NCBI GenBank assembly: GCA_016839515.1
Contig: JAEOUE010000127.1
Span: 28,014-92,013 of the forward strand
Direction of reading: 5' to 3'
DNA length: 64,000 nucleotides
Origin: Candidatus Hodarchaeum mangrovi
GTDB lineage: Archaea > Asgardarchaeota > Heimdallarchaeia > Hodarchaeales > Hodarchaeaceae
The position numbers were made by a program, and so were the translations under genes. The notes beneath the pieces are model-generated. The model did no database searches. It was not told where the DNA came from and was given only the letters and a program-made list of their open reading frames with translations. Positions 29,518 through 40,542 of this stretch are shown here, one piece after another (positions within the stretch are counted from its first letter, which is position 1; each line of letters begins with the position of its first letter).

Positions 29518-30192
29518 TTAAACAAACCTCCCATTGGAAAGACGATACGTTTGATCAGCATATTTATTTAATTCTTCATTGTGGGTGACAACAAGAATCG
29601 ATGTATCTCTTTTTGTAAAACTCTTGAGTAGACGCAATATGGAAGCAGCATTATCAACATCAAGATTCCCAGTGGGTTCATCGGCAAATATAATTCGAGG
29701 TTTTCCTACTAAAGCTCTTGCAATCCCAATTCGCTGTTGTTCTCCACCACTTAACTCATCTGGATAGTTATCAGCTTTATCCCATAATCCTACCTGTTTG
29801 AGAAGAGAAATTGCTCGTGTTCGGATTTCTTTTCCTTTTAGTTTCAAGGGGTACAAAGGTGATTCAATGTTTTCTAATGCAGTCAGAATACGAACTAATT
29901 CCCAATTCTGGAAGATAAACCCAACGTTTCCCTGTCTAAACCTCGAAAGTTTTTCCTCATCCCATTCTGCAATGTTTTCGTCCTCGTATAATATTTTTCC
30001 AGCTGAAGGTTTATCTAATCCTGATAGAACGTTTAAAAGTGTAGATTTGCCTGAACCAGAGGGTCCCGTAACCATAATTAATTTTCCTTTAGGAATTTTT
30101 AGATCCACATCATTTAGTGCCATAACTACTTCTCTTTTACCTCTAATATACTCTTTTGTTATTTCTTTTGCTTCAATTAACGTCTCACTCAT
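29518..30192 (-). CDS. ABC transporter ATP-binding protein (LolD/MacB type)
   Basis: GPSGSGKS, LSGGEQQR, ADEPTGNLD, VVTH. Confidence 0.95.
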   Translation of the reverse strand: MSETLIEAKEITKEYIRGKREVVMALNDVDLKIPKGKLIMVTGPSGSGKSTLLNVLSGLDKPSAGKILYEDENIAEWDEEKLSRFRQGNVGFIFQNWELVRILTALENIESPLYPLKLKGKEIRTRAISLLKQVGLWDKADNYPDELSGGEQQRIGIARALVGKPRIIFADEPTGNLDVDNAASILRLLKSFTKRDTSILVVTHNEELNKYADQTYRLSNGRFV

Positions 30193-30204
30193 TTTTTTCT
30201 CACC

Positions 30205-31398
30205 TTATTTCTGACGGAAAAGTTCAATAGGACGTACTGCAAGTGTACGGGTTGTTATTATTACGAATCCAGGAACACACGAAATTACTACGGCTAAAAA
30301 GGAAAAAAATGCTGTTGGTGACAATATTATCCAGTAGAACCATGATCCAACTCGTCCTAAATAGATAGAGAGCTGAATGGCAAGTAATCCAATGATAAAT
30401 CCAGTTACAGCAACAACTAATATTTCTGTTAAAACGACAGTCCTTACATTCCATTTAGAATAGCCCATTGCTTTAAGCACAGCTACTTCTCTTCTTCTGA
30501 ATCGAGTTATTAAATAAGAATAAAGGGTGCTTACCATAAACGTTCCAAACAATCCAAAAATCAAAGATAAAATAGTAAAATTCCTTTCTCCATCCTTATC
30601 AGTTTTCTCTTTAAATATTGGAAAACCGTAAGGACTACCTAGACTATCATAATTATCCGCTAATTGGTCTACGAAATTATAAGTTTGTCCAGAAAATGCA
30701 GATAAGATGTCCCCTTGTGCTACAAATGTAATTGAATGAACATAAATTTCATTATCTGAAAGTGCTAAATTTTGAGGCCCTCTCAAGCGCTCAAAAGCTT
30801 CCTCTGGCATTATTATCCAATGTCTTCCTCCAGTAACCTCGGTATTAGGTATTTTTACAACACCAGATACCTTAATATCAAATTCTGACGCATTGGAAAT
30901 ACCGAGCTTAAAGGTCATACCGACAACGGGTTTTATAAAAGCAAAAACTCCTCCTTCAGAATCTCCCATTGGTAGAATTGAATCACTTGACACTAAAATC
31001 TCTGTGGGACTATTAGGAAATCGCCCACTGACTAAATTTGTTGGATTTATAGCCACAAATGCCCATGGATAGTTTTTATTAATACTAAATATTCTAATAT
31101 TGGTTCCAAAGTCCACAAATTTGTAATATATTACAGCAGAGGCTCCAGACGTAGTCCTTCCATCCTCTATAGCGAGAGTAGACTCTGCAGATGCTAAATC
31201 TAAATATGAACCCGAGTTAATACGAATTACAACTCCACGATGATCAAGCATTCCTTCACGAGAAAAATTATCAAATGTACCAAGTAAAAGAACTGTTGCT
31301 CCACTCAAAATGCTGAAAACAATGACAAATGTAAAAAAACGCCTTCGAGAACGGGTACTGAATACAATTGATTTCGTGAGTAAGCGATATAATCCCAT
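30205..31398 (-). CDS. FtsX/MacB-like ABC permease
   Basis: One TM, extracellular domain, three TMs; RRREVAVLKAMG motif. Confidence 0.9.
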   Translation of the reverse strand: MGLYRLLTKSIVFSTRSRRRFFTFVIVFSILSGATVLLLGTFDNFSREGMLDHRGVVIRINSGSYLDLASAESTLAIEDGRTTSGASAVIYYKFVDFGTNIRIFSINKNYPWAFVAINPTNLVSGRFPNSPTEILVSSDSILPMGDSEGGVFAFIKPVVGMTFKLGISNASEFDIKVSGVVKIPNTEVTGGRHWIIMPEEAFERLRGPQNLALSDNEIYVHSITFVAQGDILSAFSGQTYNFVDQLADNYDSLGSPYGFPIFKEKTDKDGERNFTILSLIFGLFGTFMVSTLYSYLITRFRRREVAVLKAMGYSKWNVRTVVLTEILVVAVTGFIIGLLAIQLSIYLGRVGSWFYWIILSPTAFFSFLAVVISCVPGFVIITTRTLAVRPIELFRQK

Positions 31399-31601
31399 AG
31401 TAAATTACTCCATATGTTTAAATTTAATCGTTGAAATTATATTCTAATAGATGAATTTAATTGTAGATTTTAACTTAATTTGTAGTTTTATAGTCTAATA
31501 AGTAAAGGTAATAGAAACTACTTAAAAGGTTGCATATTCATAATTCTACCAATAGTCGTCAAATATATTTTGACTTTATCTTTAAACCATGATTCACTTA
31601 A

Positions 31602-34475
31602 TTAATTTTGCACAAAATCGACATCTTTGATTTCTTTCTTAGTTTTGAGAATTTCAAAAATAATACCTAGAAGAAACATCCAGAAAATGAAGAACCAAAT
31701 GATCCATTCTTCCAAATGTAAAATTAGGACAGTTTTATCAGGAACAGTAGATAAAGCTGAATAAAGGACTGTAATGAGAATAAAAATATAAGATAGAAGA
31801 CCCACACCATAGGAAACTATAGAAAATATTCTATTTTTTTTATTTGCATCGTTTTTCATTAATTCAGACATTTTAATTACAAGCAACTCATTGAAAACTT
31901 CCCGTTCTTTTAAAATAATAGGGAATACAATTGCTAGATAAACAATAGTTCCTAGAATAAGTGTCATGATTAAAATAATTATAACAGGGTGCTCAACCTG
32001 TAGAAACCAGTCCTTTATATCAGTTAGGTTTTCAGGAAGGGTAATAAAAATGATTTCAGTCAAAGAAACACCTCTGATTAAAAAATCGGAAACAATCTTG
32101 ATCCATAATCCCGTCAGAATAAAACTAGATACAATAAAACCAATTTTATTAAACAAATTATCGTCAGATTGATCAAACGATGATTTTAGTTTATAATAAT
32201 TCTTTGATTCATTTTCTTTGACAACTGTTGCAGAGGAAGCTGAAAAAGGGAGCAATAGGTGGTTCAAAACCAAGAAATAAATTGAAAAATAAATAATAAA
32301 TCCCAGATCAGAATAGATTGAAAATGATGGATAGGTGAAAATTAATGAATATAGACTCGTCACCATATAAATTATTGTAATTATCTCAGCAAAGGTTCTA
32401 TACCTTTTAAATAAATGGGAATCTCTTATTTCTAAAGTTAAAAGTGTTTTTTCTGAAATCTTTTTTGAATCTAGTGGTTGATCATTGATTTCAAACAAAA
32501 TCCATATGATTGAAGTCACCATAAGGCATAAAAGGGTATTTAAAAACCAATTATTAATGGATAGGGGATTATAGCGAAAAGGAATTAAGAATAATAAAAT
32601 ATAAAGTAATGAACCGACAACAATTGTTAAAACATTTAGTCCAGGAATAGATGAAACCTCTCTATAGAAAGAAAAAAAAGTATCCCAGAAATTAAGCAGT
32701 GTATTGCGTATTGGATCTGCAATAAATGGGAAAAGCTGAAATCCAGTCCAAAAAACGAATAGAGAAATTAAACATATCTCTAAACAAATAAATATCTTTA
32801 AAATTATATTGAGATTGATTTCTTTTTGATAATTTTGGAATTTTATTGATAATTTTTGTCGAATTTCGAATAGAGAGAAATAAGGATTGAATAATAGTAT
32901 TAGGAATAAACTAGCAAGAAAAACAATTGGTTCTACTCTTACCAAACTAGAAGCAAAGGTATCTTTCAATCCTAATCCTACAGAAAGAAAAATTAAATTG
33001 AATTGAAAACCCAAAATTTCTCCTCCGTTAAAAATATTTACTGAAAATTCTCCTATTTTGTCAAAACTAATAATTAGCCAACTAAATAAGATTTCAAGAT
33101 GTCCGTTAGCGTCGATAGTACCCCATATAGGATCTAGCATTCCTTCATACGGAGGATAAACTCCAACCCATCCACCAGCAAAATTAATAATAAAAGTCAA
33201 AGCGCCCAAACAAATTGCGGTTATTTTAATAACTTTTGAATAAATCGGTCGATCCTTTTTTATAAAATCTTTATATTCAAGTAAAAAGGCTAAGGGAATA
33301 ATTAATAATGGGATAATTGTAACTAAATGTCGTGGACCATATGCAAGGCCTCCTGTTGGTAAAAAATACTTACTATAAAGTAAAATCTGAAAGATAGATA
33401 ATGAAATACATAACAACGCAAGTTCATTCTTTTTATGATAAAATGGAATAAAACCTAAAACCCCAAGCAGTATAATCGGCATGAATGTAAAAAGTCCATG
33501 GTGGGTTGAAAAAAGGAGTATCTGTAATCCTTCAAACATCGAGTTTGCGAAATGTTGATTATTTTTAAAAAATACTGCATAAGAGTATGGTGTCGATAAA
33601 GGATCCCCAAAACAAATGAAATTGTAAAACAGAATAATTAAACCACAGAGAACGACTGGAATCGTAAAAATTAATATTGGGATTAAATAATTACTAATAA
33701 TTCTCTTCCATTCTTTAATTATTTCATTAATTTTCCATGGAAAAGGTAAAAAAATGTAAATAAAATGAAAGGGAAGAAAAAAAAGATAGATATAGTCACA
33801 AACAACTATATAACCAGCAAAAAAAGAAGAAAAAATTAATGAAGAACATTTTCCTGTTTGTTTATATTTTGTAGCATAATATAATGTAAGAACGAGAAAC
33901 CCAGCTGTTATACCATGAGAAAAGAAGGTTCCAATATATGTATAAAATAAACTGCCTAATGAAAAGAGTAATACCGTATAATTTGCATTTTGATGTGAGA
34001 TCCCTAGCATTTTTAGAAAATCATAGAATTTTATTGCCACAAATGCACCAAATATCAATACACAAAGAATAATGAGAAATTTAACAAAATCATCTATAAT
34101 CCAAGGATCCTCACCTGTATTCAATCCAATAATTGTACCAATAAAATCTCCAATCCAATATATAGGAACAGCTAGTAAAGATAGTCCAGGAGGTTTATCA
34201 GAATATATGGTTCCATTAAAAATGGAATAATCTAAGTAACTATATTTATCACGATCTTCAGGTTTAATTGAAAATTCTCCATATTTTGCTATAGATTTAG
34301 TTAGCATAAATCGTGATCCAGGATTAGTATTGGTTACGTCTAAGGTGGCACCAGTAATATATATCAATAGAATGAAAATAAACAACTTAAAACGAAAGGA
34401 TCTTCCTAAATGACTAAGTATATCACCTAAACTAGCTGATTTCTTATCTATACCCTTTGAACTACTTGATAACAT
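31602..34475 (-). CDS. Large multi-pass GT-C-fold glycosyltransferase-like protein
   Basis: YSDKPPGLS and YGPRHL motifs; very many TM helices. Confidence 0.65.
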   Translation of the reverse strand: MLSSSSKGIDKKSASLGDILSHLGRSFRFKLFIFILLIYITGATLDVTNTNPGSRFMLTKSIAKYGEFSIKPEDRDKYSYLDYSIFNGTIYSDKPPGLSLLAVPIYWIGDFIGTIIGLNTGEDPWIIDDFVKFLIILCVLIFGAFVAIKFYDFLKMLGISHQNANYTVLLFSLGSLFYTYIGTFFSHGITAGFLVLTLYYATKYKQTGKCSSLIFSSFFAGYIVVCDYIYLFFLPFHFIYIFLPFPWKINEIIKEWKRIISNYLIPILIFTIPVVLCGLIILFYNFICFGDPLSTPYSYAVFFKNNQHFANSMFEGLQILLFSTHHGLFTFMPIILLGVLGFIPFYHKKNELALLCISLSIFQILLYSKYFLPTGGLAYGPRHLVTIIPLLIIPLAFLLEYKDFIKKDRPIYSKVIKITAICLGALTFIINFAGGWVGVYPPYEGMLDPIWGTIDANGHLEILFSWLIISFDKIGEFSVNIFNGGEILGFQFNLIFLSVGLGLKDTFASSLVRVEPIVFLASLFLILLFNPYFSLFEIRQKLSIKFQNYQKEINLNIILKIFICLEICLISLFVFWTGFQLFPFIADPIRNTLLNFWDTFFSFYREVSSIPGLNVLTIVVGSLLYILLFLIPFRYNPLSINNWFLNTLLCLMVTSIIWILFEINDQPLDSKKISEKTLLTLEIRDSHLFKRYRTFAEIITIIYMVTSLYSLIFTYPSFSIYSDLGFIIYFSIYFLVLNHLLLPFSASSATVVKENESKNYYKLKSSFDQSDDNLFNKIGFIVSSFILTGLWIKIVSDFLIRGVSLTEIIFITLPENLTDIKDWFLQVEHPVIIILIMTLILGTIVYLAIVFPIILKEREVFNELLVIKMSELMKNDANKKNRIFSIVSYGVGLLSYIFILITVLYSALSTVPDKTVLILHLEEWIIWFFIFWMFLLGIIFEILKTKKEIKDVDFVQN

Positions 34476-34571
34476 TTAATGGGCATCCTATTTATAAGAA
34501 AAACAATGAAAACAAAAATATTACAAGCTTTATAAAAATAAATAAGTTGAAATAAAATCTTCATGTCAAAC

Positions 34572-35819
34572 TTAGATTTTTAATGCAACAAGAGGTTGCA
34601 TTCGAGCAACTATTTCTCCTAATCCTAAATCAACAGTTTGAATTACAACAGTTCGACCACGATATGCAAACTGTAACTCTCTAGGTGTTTCAAACATCAG
34701 ACTCCCAATACCAGTTCCTAGATCCACTGAAAAATATCGACGCTTATCGACTGTTTCGAAGATTTCAGGAACTGCAATAATATGAGGGAAAGAATATCCA
34801 CCTCCATGAGGTAAAATGTTAGCATTTTCTATTCTTTCTTCAATCCCATATTTTCTTGCTCTTTCAGAAAAATTTAAACTTTCCATGGCTTCCTCAGTAA
34901 AATTTGGGATTCCTTTCATCAAATAACAGGGTAAATCGGCTCTCAAGGTTAATGGAAAAAGTTTATTCTCATGAGGATCAAAAACATGAGATCCAAGCGC
35001 TGTTTCATTTTTATGAACCATTCCTTGATGAGACGAATGTGCAATAACTTGAAAATCGTCTCCAAAGAGAAGTCTCCCAGCTAAATGTCTTCTTTTTTTC
35101 CCAAAATCATCGGCCCATTTATAGAATTGAAAATAATCTTCAGCATCTTGATCAGTTAAATAATTAATTATCCCAAAAGGTGTGTCTAAAACCTTACACA
35201 TCTCTTGCAAGATTTTACTTTCAGAAGGATACAAGCCTATAATTTGATTATTATTATCAGACTTTAATTCTGAAGGTGAGGAGTGCATCACGAAGGAATA
35301 TTGGGGAAGATCCATTGATGAACTAACAGCAGGATTAGGTATAATCTCAAAAACATTTATGAAATGATTACCACTTCCAAAATTCCAATGGATTGGAATT
35401 CCTTCAATTTCTACTTGATTATCTTCCTCGTTCATGTCATGAACAGATTGAATTAGTTCTATCGGATTGGGAACTTCTTCTAAGGATCCTAACAACATTC
35501 CACAGGCATTTGGCATTGTATCAACAAAAACGATAGGTTCATCTCCTTCTCCCCAAGTTATTTTACCACCATAACCGATTCCATTTCTCCATCTATTAAG
35601 GTTTCTGGTTATAGTGCAATCAGGTGCAGCTATGAAGGTAGTATTAGGATTAAAACCCTCAAATTCCTGTACCAAATGCATCTTTGCTAGACCATATTGA
35701 AAATTTAACTGACAGAGTTTTGAAGCAGAATCATCTAAAGCTGTAGAAAATATAAATTTCTTTGCTCTCGATAATATATCAACTCGACTCATTTTGTGAA
35801 CAGTTTCCATTAAATTCAC
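34572..35819 (-). CDS. Divergent RtcB-like RNA ligase
   Basis: APD, NACG, GSGNHF, MHSS, SHQG, PHGGG and terminal LK occur in the order of RtcB metal- and GMP-binding residues. Confidence 0.75.
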   Translation of the reverse strand: MNLMETVHKMSRVDILSRAKKFIFSTALDDSASKLCQLNFQYGLAKMHLVQEFEGFNPNTTFIAAPDCTITRNLNRWRNGIGYGGKITWGEGDEPIVFVDTMPNACGMLLGSLEEVPNPIELIQSVHDMNEEDNQVEIEGIPIHWNFGSGNHFINVFEIIPNPAVSSSMDLPQYSFVMHSSPSELKSDNNNQIIGLYPSESKILQEMCKVLDTPFGIINYLTDQDAEDYFQFYKWADDFGKKRRHLAGRLLFGDDFQVIAHSSHQGMVHKNETALGSHVFDPHENKLFPLTLRADLPCYLMKGIPNFTEEAMESLNFSERARKYGIEERIENANILPHGGGYSFPHIIAVPEIFETVDKRRYFSVDLGTGIGSLMFETPRELQFAYRGRTVVIQTVDLGLGEIVARMQPLVALKI

Positions 35820-35996
35820 CAGTAATAAAGAGATATAAAGCTATAAATTAAATCCATATATAACTATAATAAAGATAACAACCTAAATAACAATCCTGCA
35901 AAATACTTCTACAAATTAATATAAAAATTCAATGATTCGTCAGAAGCTATCTAAAAAAATCTAAAGGGAAAATATATGTATATATTGTGAGGAAAT

Positions 35997-37214
35997 ATGA
36001 AGAAAGCTGATAATAATAGTGTAATGCTTTCAGAAAACATCGACGGATTTTGGGGAATTTATAAAAACGCAACTTTAAGTCCATTTGGCAGATGGGATCC
36101 ATTTAGGACAATTAAAACTGATTCAGGCAATAAAATTGGCCACCATACTTTTTTCAGTGCAATTCGGGGAAAAAGGCCCCATGAATTTTCCTCATTTGAT
36201 ACCACAGTCCATACTCGCAAGGAATCGCCGAGTATTGATACTTTTTGTGAACTAAGTAATGGAAATCTCCCTTCAATTATTATGTCTAAGGATCTAAAAT
36301 TGTGGCAAAAACCATTATCTACTTATTTTTCCAAAGAAAATTTAATAGATACTAAAGCCTATACATCAATAAACCTCTATACCCCAATGGCAAGAATTAT
36401 TAAGGAATTAAATCAAAAAGGCCAAGAAGATTTCAACATTTTATCTGGAATACCACTTGTTCACATTTTAACAAAGCATTATAATACAATTGAAGAAGTT
36501 CCAACAGAGGAATTTATCATATATTTAAAAAATATCATTTTAACGGTAAATGAATGCATGAAAAGTTTTTGTAATCCCAATTATACTAATTGTAAAGTGC
36601 TTCACTTCTATAACATTGGTCAACGGGCTGGAGCAAGTATTCCGCATTTACACAGCCAAACATTAATTCATGGTAACCATAAAGGCTTCGGATGGAAAGC
36701 TTATGGCTTTTTAAAAACTTATCAATGGAATAAAGTGTTTTCACAAGACGAACATTATTGCTTGGCATGTTTATATTCTCAGAATCTTCTAAAAGATTTA
36801 CATGGACAAGATTTAAAGATTAAAGAAAGGATTTTGTGGGAGGATGATTATTGGTTAATAGTTGTTGTATATGCGCCTGAAGCAGATGGAGAAATAAGAA
36901 TAATACCAAAACGTCATGTGGCGTCTTTATATGAGCTAAATGACTCTGAAATTGATTCTCTAGCAGCAGCATTAATTTTTAGTAATACAATACAAACAAA
37001 GTTTATTAAGAAATGGGGAAAAGAATATTTTCTCCATTTAGATAGAAATATCCTTTTTCGTCAGCTACCTTGGCAAACAAACAATGATTTTCATTTCTTT
37101 ATTGATATTGTACCAATTCAACAGATCGGAGGTGCAGAAAGATCAGATGATCATAAAATATCTCAAGTCACCCCTGAGGAAATTACTGCAAAAATGAGGT
37201 CTTTTATTAACTGA
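35997..37214 (+). CDS. GalT/HIT-family nucleotidyltransferase
   Basis: RGKRP; N.G..AGASIPHLHSQ (HxHxQ); CLAC; IIPKRH in the second HIT-like half. Confidence 0.85.
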   Translation: MKKADNNSVMLSENIDGFWGIYKNATLSPFGRWDPFRTIKTDSGNKIGHHTFFSAIRGKRPHEFSSFDTTVHTRKESPSIDTFCELSNGNLPSIIMSKDLKLWQKPLSTYFSKENLIDTKAYTSINLYTPMARIIKELNQKGQEDFNILSGIPLVHILTKHYNTIEEVPTEEFIIYLKNIILTVNECMKSFCNPNYTNCKVLHFYNIGQRAGASIPHLHSQTLIHGNHKGFGWKAYGFLKTYQWNKVFSQDEHYCLACLYSQNLLKDLHGQDLKIKERILWEDDYWLIVVVYAPEADGEIRIIPKRHVASLYELNDSEIDSLAAALIFSNTIQTKFIKKWGKEYFLHLDRNILFRQLPWQTNNDFHFFIDIVPIQQIGGAERSDDHKISQVTPEEITAKMRSFIN

Positions 37215-37312
37215 TTTGAAATATTAACTTCAGCATATCACTCAAGATTAAATCATCTAATATTTAAAGAAAAAGAGAAAAAAAACACCTGTAGAAAGGC
37301 TTAAAAACTGAT

Positions 37313-37333
37313 ACCCATATTAAATATATGGGT
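37313..37333. promoter_or_regulatory. Inverted repeat upstream of the first wHTH paralogue
   Basis: ACCCATAT-N5-ATATGGGT; related half-sites at 37911-37918 and 37924-37931. Confidence 0.45.
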
Positions 37334-37426
37334 TAATCTAATCTTTAGATAATCTGTTTTAAGAACAAAAAAATCGATTTACTCTAGTTAAAGAAAAAAA
37401 GTTGACACAAACGATAATATCCTTTC

Positions 37427-37783
37427 ATGTTTCCCTTTAAAAAGAAAAAAGAAGTGAGAATAGTGATTCATATGCAATTAAATAATGATCAACAACGAAT
37501 TTTAAGCGCTCTTGATAAGCCATCTCAATTTATTGCTGGTAATGACAATGGTATACCAGGTATTCCTTATAACAAAATTATGAAAGATGCTGATATGAGC
37601 TTAGAGAAAACTCTGTTATCGCTTGGTTATTTAGAATCACTTGGACTAGTCAAGCATGAATGCGCTATTGTAAGAGAAAAAATTGATTACCTTGGACAGA
37701 CAGAAGTAGAGATTGCAGGGCAAAAGCTGATTCGTATGTTTTCACTCACCCCTGAAGGCCAAATAGTTCTTAAAAAGTTATAA
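37427..37783 (+). CDS. Winged-helix protein, paralogue 1 (start probably 37472)
   Basis: DQQRIL...SLEKTLLSLGYLESLGLV...FSLTPEG; clearly homologous to the next ORF. Confidence 0.8.
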   Translation: MFPFKKKKEVRIVIHMQLNNDQQRILSALDKPSQFIAGNDNGIPGIPYNKIMKDADMSLEKTLLSLGYLESLGLVKHECAIVREKIDYLGQTEVEIAGQKLIRMFSLTPEGQIVLKKL

Positions 37784-38048
37784 AACTTTTATTTTAATTC
37801 AATCTTGCTTATATCATAAATTTTAATATTTCATTACATGATAATTCATTTTCTATCCTTCTCTCTTCTTCAAAGGATTCTCTAAGAATAGATTCTACTA
37901 TTTAAATAAAACCCGTATGAAAAACCCATACCAATATTTTTTTAATTGTAAGCAATTATAATTCTTAGAAATAATTAATCAATTTACAGAAAAAAGAACT
38001 GTTATGAATCTTAAATTCTATTATTAATTATGAAGAGTTGGTGAAATA

Positions 38049-38387
38049 ATGAACAAACTCAATCGTGATCAACAACGAGTTATTTTAGCACTTGGTAATC
38101 CTAAAGAATTTTTCAAGGGACATCATTCAGTAGAGGCTATTAGAGGAGTTCCTTATGAAAAGATCATGGAAAAATCAGATTTGTCTCTTGAAAAAACCTT
38201 GCTAAGTTTAGGTTGGTTGGAAGCATGTGGATTGGTTGCACATGATATGGCTGTTGTTCGGAGATCATTGGATTATTTGGGACAAACTAATATTGAGATT
38301 GCTGGTCAATCAATAGTTCGAATGTTTTATTTAACCGAAGAAGGAGAAAAAGCATTTAGGGAGTTATCAAAAGGAGAGGAAAAATAA
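38049..38387 (+). CDS. Winged-helix protein, paralogue 2
   Basis: DQQRVI...SLEKTLLSLGWLEACGLV...FYLTEEG; GGTGA RBS; stop overlaps the gap start. Confidence 0.82.
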   Translation: MNKLNRDQQRVILALGNPKEFFKGHHSVEAIRGVPYEKIMEKSDLSLEKTLLSLGWLEACGLVAHDMAVVRRSLDYLGQTNIEIAGQSIVRMFYLTEEGEKAFRELSKGEEK

Positions 38388-39493
38388 TGACCAAAAATGC
38401 AAAAATTGGTATCATTGGATATGGAATTATAGGTAAAAGAGTGGCAGATGCCGTAGCTGCTCAATCTGATATGAAGCTCATTGGAGTTGCAGATATAATT
38501 TCAGATGTTCGATTACAAATTGCTCAGAAACGCAATTATCCTATTTATTGTAGTGTTCCTGATTTTGAACCCCGGATGAGAGAAGCAGGATTTGAAGTAG
38601 TTGGCTATCTCGATGACTTATTAGAAGAAGTTGATCTTGTAGTTGACTGTACTCCTTCTGGTGTCCCTGCAAAAAATCTTCCAGTGTATAATAAAGCAAA
38701 AGTAAAATGTATAGTTCAAGGTGGGGAAAAACATTCTCTTACTGGAAGGAGTTTTAGCACTTTTGGAAACTACAAATCACATTTAGGAGTTAATCTGACA
38801 CGTTTAGTTTCTTGTAATACTACTGCTTTAACACGAATCATTTCCACTTTAGAACAGGCTTATGGGGTATTAGATTCGTTTGTGGCTTTAGCTAGAAGAG
38901 CGGGAGATCCTTCTAGAACAAACCGTGGGCCCATAAATGCGATAACACCCGTACTTGGAGTATCTCATCACGGCCCTGATCTTATTACTGTCATGCCGAA
39001 AATGAACGACCGTATTCACTCGCTCGCAATTGCAGGTAGTTGGACTTTGTCTCATGTTCATATGCTGAAGGTAACTCTTGAAAATGAGGCATCAAGGGAA
39101 GATATTATAAATTTATTTAAAAAAACACCCCGAATTTTAATTGAAGAAGGTAAAAACGGATTATTTGATTCTGCTCAACTTGTGGAGTATTTTAGAGACT
39201 TGGGTCGTCCAAGATATGATCGACCAGAGGTTTTTATCTGGGAAGAAACTTTAACAATGGATTCTCATAATAATGTGTACATGATATATGATGTCCATAT
39301 GGAGAGTATTCCTATTCCTGAAAACGTTGATTGTATCCGAGCGATGTTAGAGATGGAAACTAATGCCATGAAATGTGTAGAAACTACCGATAAAGCTTTA
39401 AAAATATATAAAGAAGGATCATATTCTGGAACTCTATATGGTGGAGAGGATTATGGAGATCCAGTCCCAATAATTGAAGAAGGAGACAATTAA
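38387..39493 (+). CDS. gap: Archaeal type II glyceraldehyde-3-phosphate dehydrogenase
   Basis: GYGIIGKRVADAV, VVDCTP, QGGEKH, VSCNTT, SHHGPD, IPENVDCIRAM. Confidence 0.96.
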   Translation: MTKNAKIGIIGYGIIGKRVADAVAAQSDMKLIGVADIISDVRLQIAQKRNYPIYCSVPDFEPRMREAGFEVVGYLDDLLEEVDLVVDCTPSGVPAKNLPVYNKAKVKCIVQGGEKHSLTGRSFSTFGNYKSHLGVNLTRLVSCNTTALTRIISTLEQAYGVLDSFVALARRAGDPSRTNRGPINAITPVLGVSHHGPDLITVMPKMNDRIHSLAIAGSWTLSHVHMLKVTLENEASREDIINLFKKTPRILIEEGKNGLFDSAQLVEYFRDLGRPRYDRPEVFIWEETLTMDSHNNVYMIYDVHMESIPIPENVDCIRAMLEMETNAMKCVETTDKALKIYKEGSYSGTLYGGEDYGDPVPIIEEGDN

Positions 39494-39678
39494 ACCTAGT
39501 TCTTCATTCTAACTTCCTTCTATTCTTTATCTTTGACTTTTACCTTTAATATCTGAATTTTAATTTTCTTTTTCTCTGATTTTAGAAATATTAAACTTAT
39601 TTTATTTCGTCATCTTTTAATAGCTTTTAAGTATAGTTTTACATATTTATAGCAAATGTTTGACAGGTTGAGTTTTTA

Positions 39679-40407
39679 TTGAGAGATATTCCTGATGTAA
39701 AAAAATTAATTTCAGAACTCCTAGAAGATGAAAGTATAGCTCAAAGTATAGTTTCTACAATAGATGGATCACCTATTTATGGCTTAAAAAGAGGGGGAAA
39801 AGAGATTAAAGAAGAATTACATATAATTCCAGCTGCTATAACCAGTGCTCTTGCTATATCACATAACTTTCTAGAAACAACTCTCAATGACAAAGTAAAA
39901 GAATATGTTGTTTTTCAAAAAGATTGTATTATTGTAGCTACTAAAGCTTCTGATGTAGTTCTAATAACAACCATCAATCCGCCCCGATCTTCCTTTGAAA
40001 AACGGCCTACTATTGATATTATAATTGAAAGACTAAGAGAAATAACTGCAAAGCTCGATGCTATTGTTAAGACCCTTGATATTGAAGATACAATGATAGA
40101 AAAGATTCAACGAGCAATCCCAGAAGCTACCTCAATTCTTCTTTTATCAACGGCAGGAGTCCCTTTAAGCTCTTTATCGAGCTTGGATATTGACTCAGCA
40201 CAGCTAGCAGCTGTTTCTTCAGCCATCAGTTTACCAACACGTATGTTAGGCCAAGAAGCACAAAGCATAGCAGTAACAGGTAAGAACCACTTGATGTTAT
40301 TGTACTGTTTGGATAATGAAAGAATTTTAATGGTTTCTTTAACTCCAAAACTGAGTATTGAGTCCTATCTTACCACAATTGCACGTTTAGTTGAGCGTAA
40401 GGAATAA
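39679..40407 (+). CDS. Tandem roadblock/LC7-domain protein
   Basis: Two repeats (VSTIDGSPI...AAITS; LSTAGVPL...QLAAVSSA) typical of the roadblock fold. Confidence 0.8.
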   Translation: MRDIPDVKKLISELLEDESIAQSIVSTIDGSPIYGLKRGGKEIKEELHIIPAAITSALAISHNFLETTLNDKVKEYVVFQKDCIIVATKASDVVLITTINPPRSSFEKRPTIDIIIERLREITAKLDAIVKTLDIEDTMIEKIQRAIPEATSILLLSTAGVPLSSLSSLDIDSAQLAAVSSAISLPTRMLGQEAQSIAVTGKNHLMLLYCLDNERILMVSLTPKLSIESYLTTIARLVERKE

Positions 40408-40542
40408 CAAGAGCTGTTTTCTTCAACGAAGTATATTTAGATATTTAGAATTTATTGACTGTAATTATCAAATTAGATGATATTCTATATCTCCAAGACT
40501 TATTTATCTTCTTAGTTTGATTAAAAACAATGAGGAATAGAA

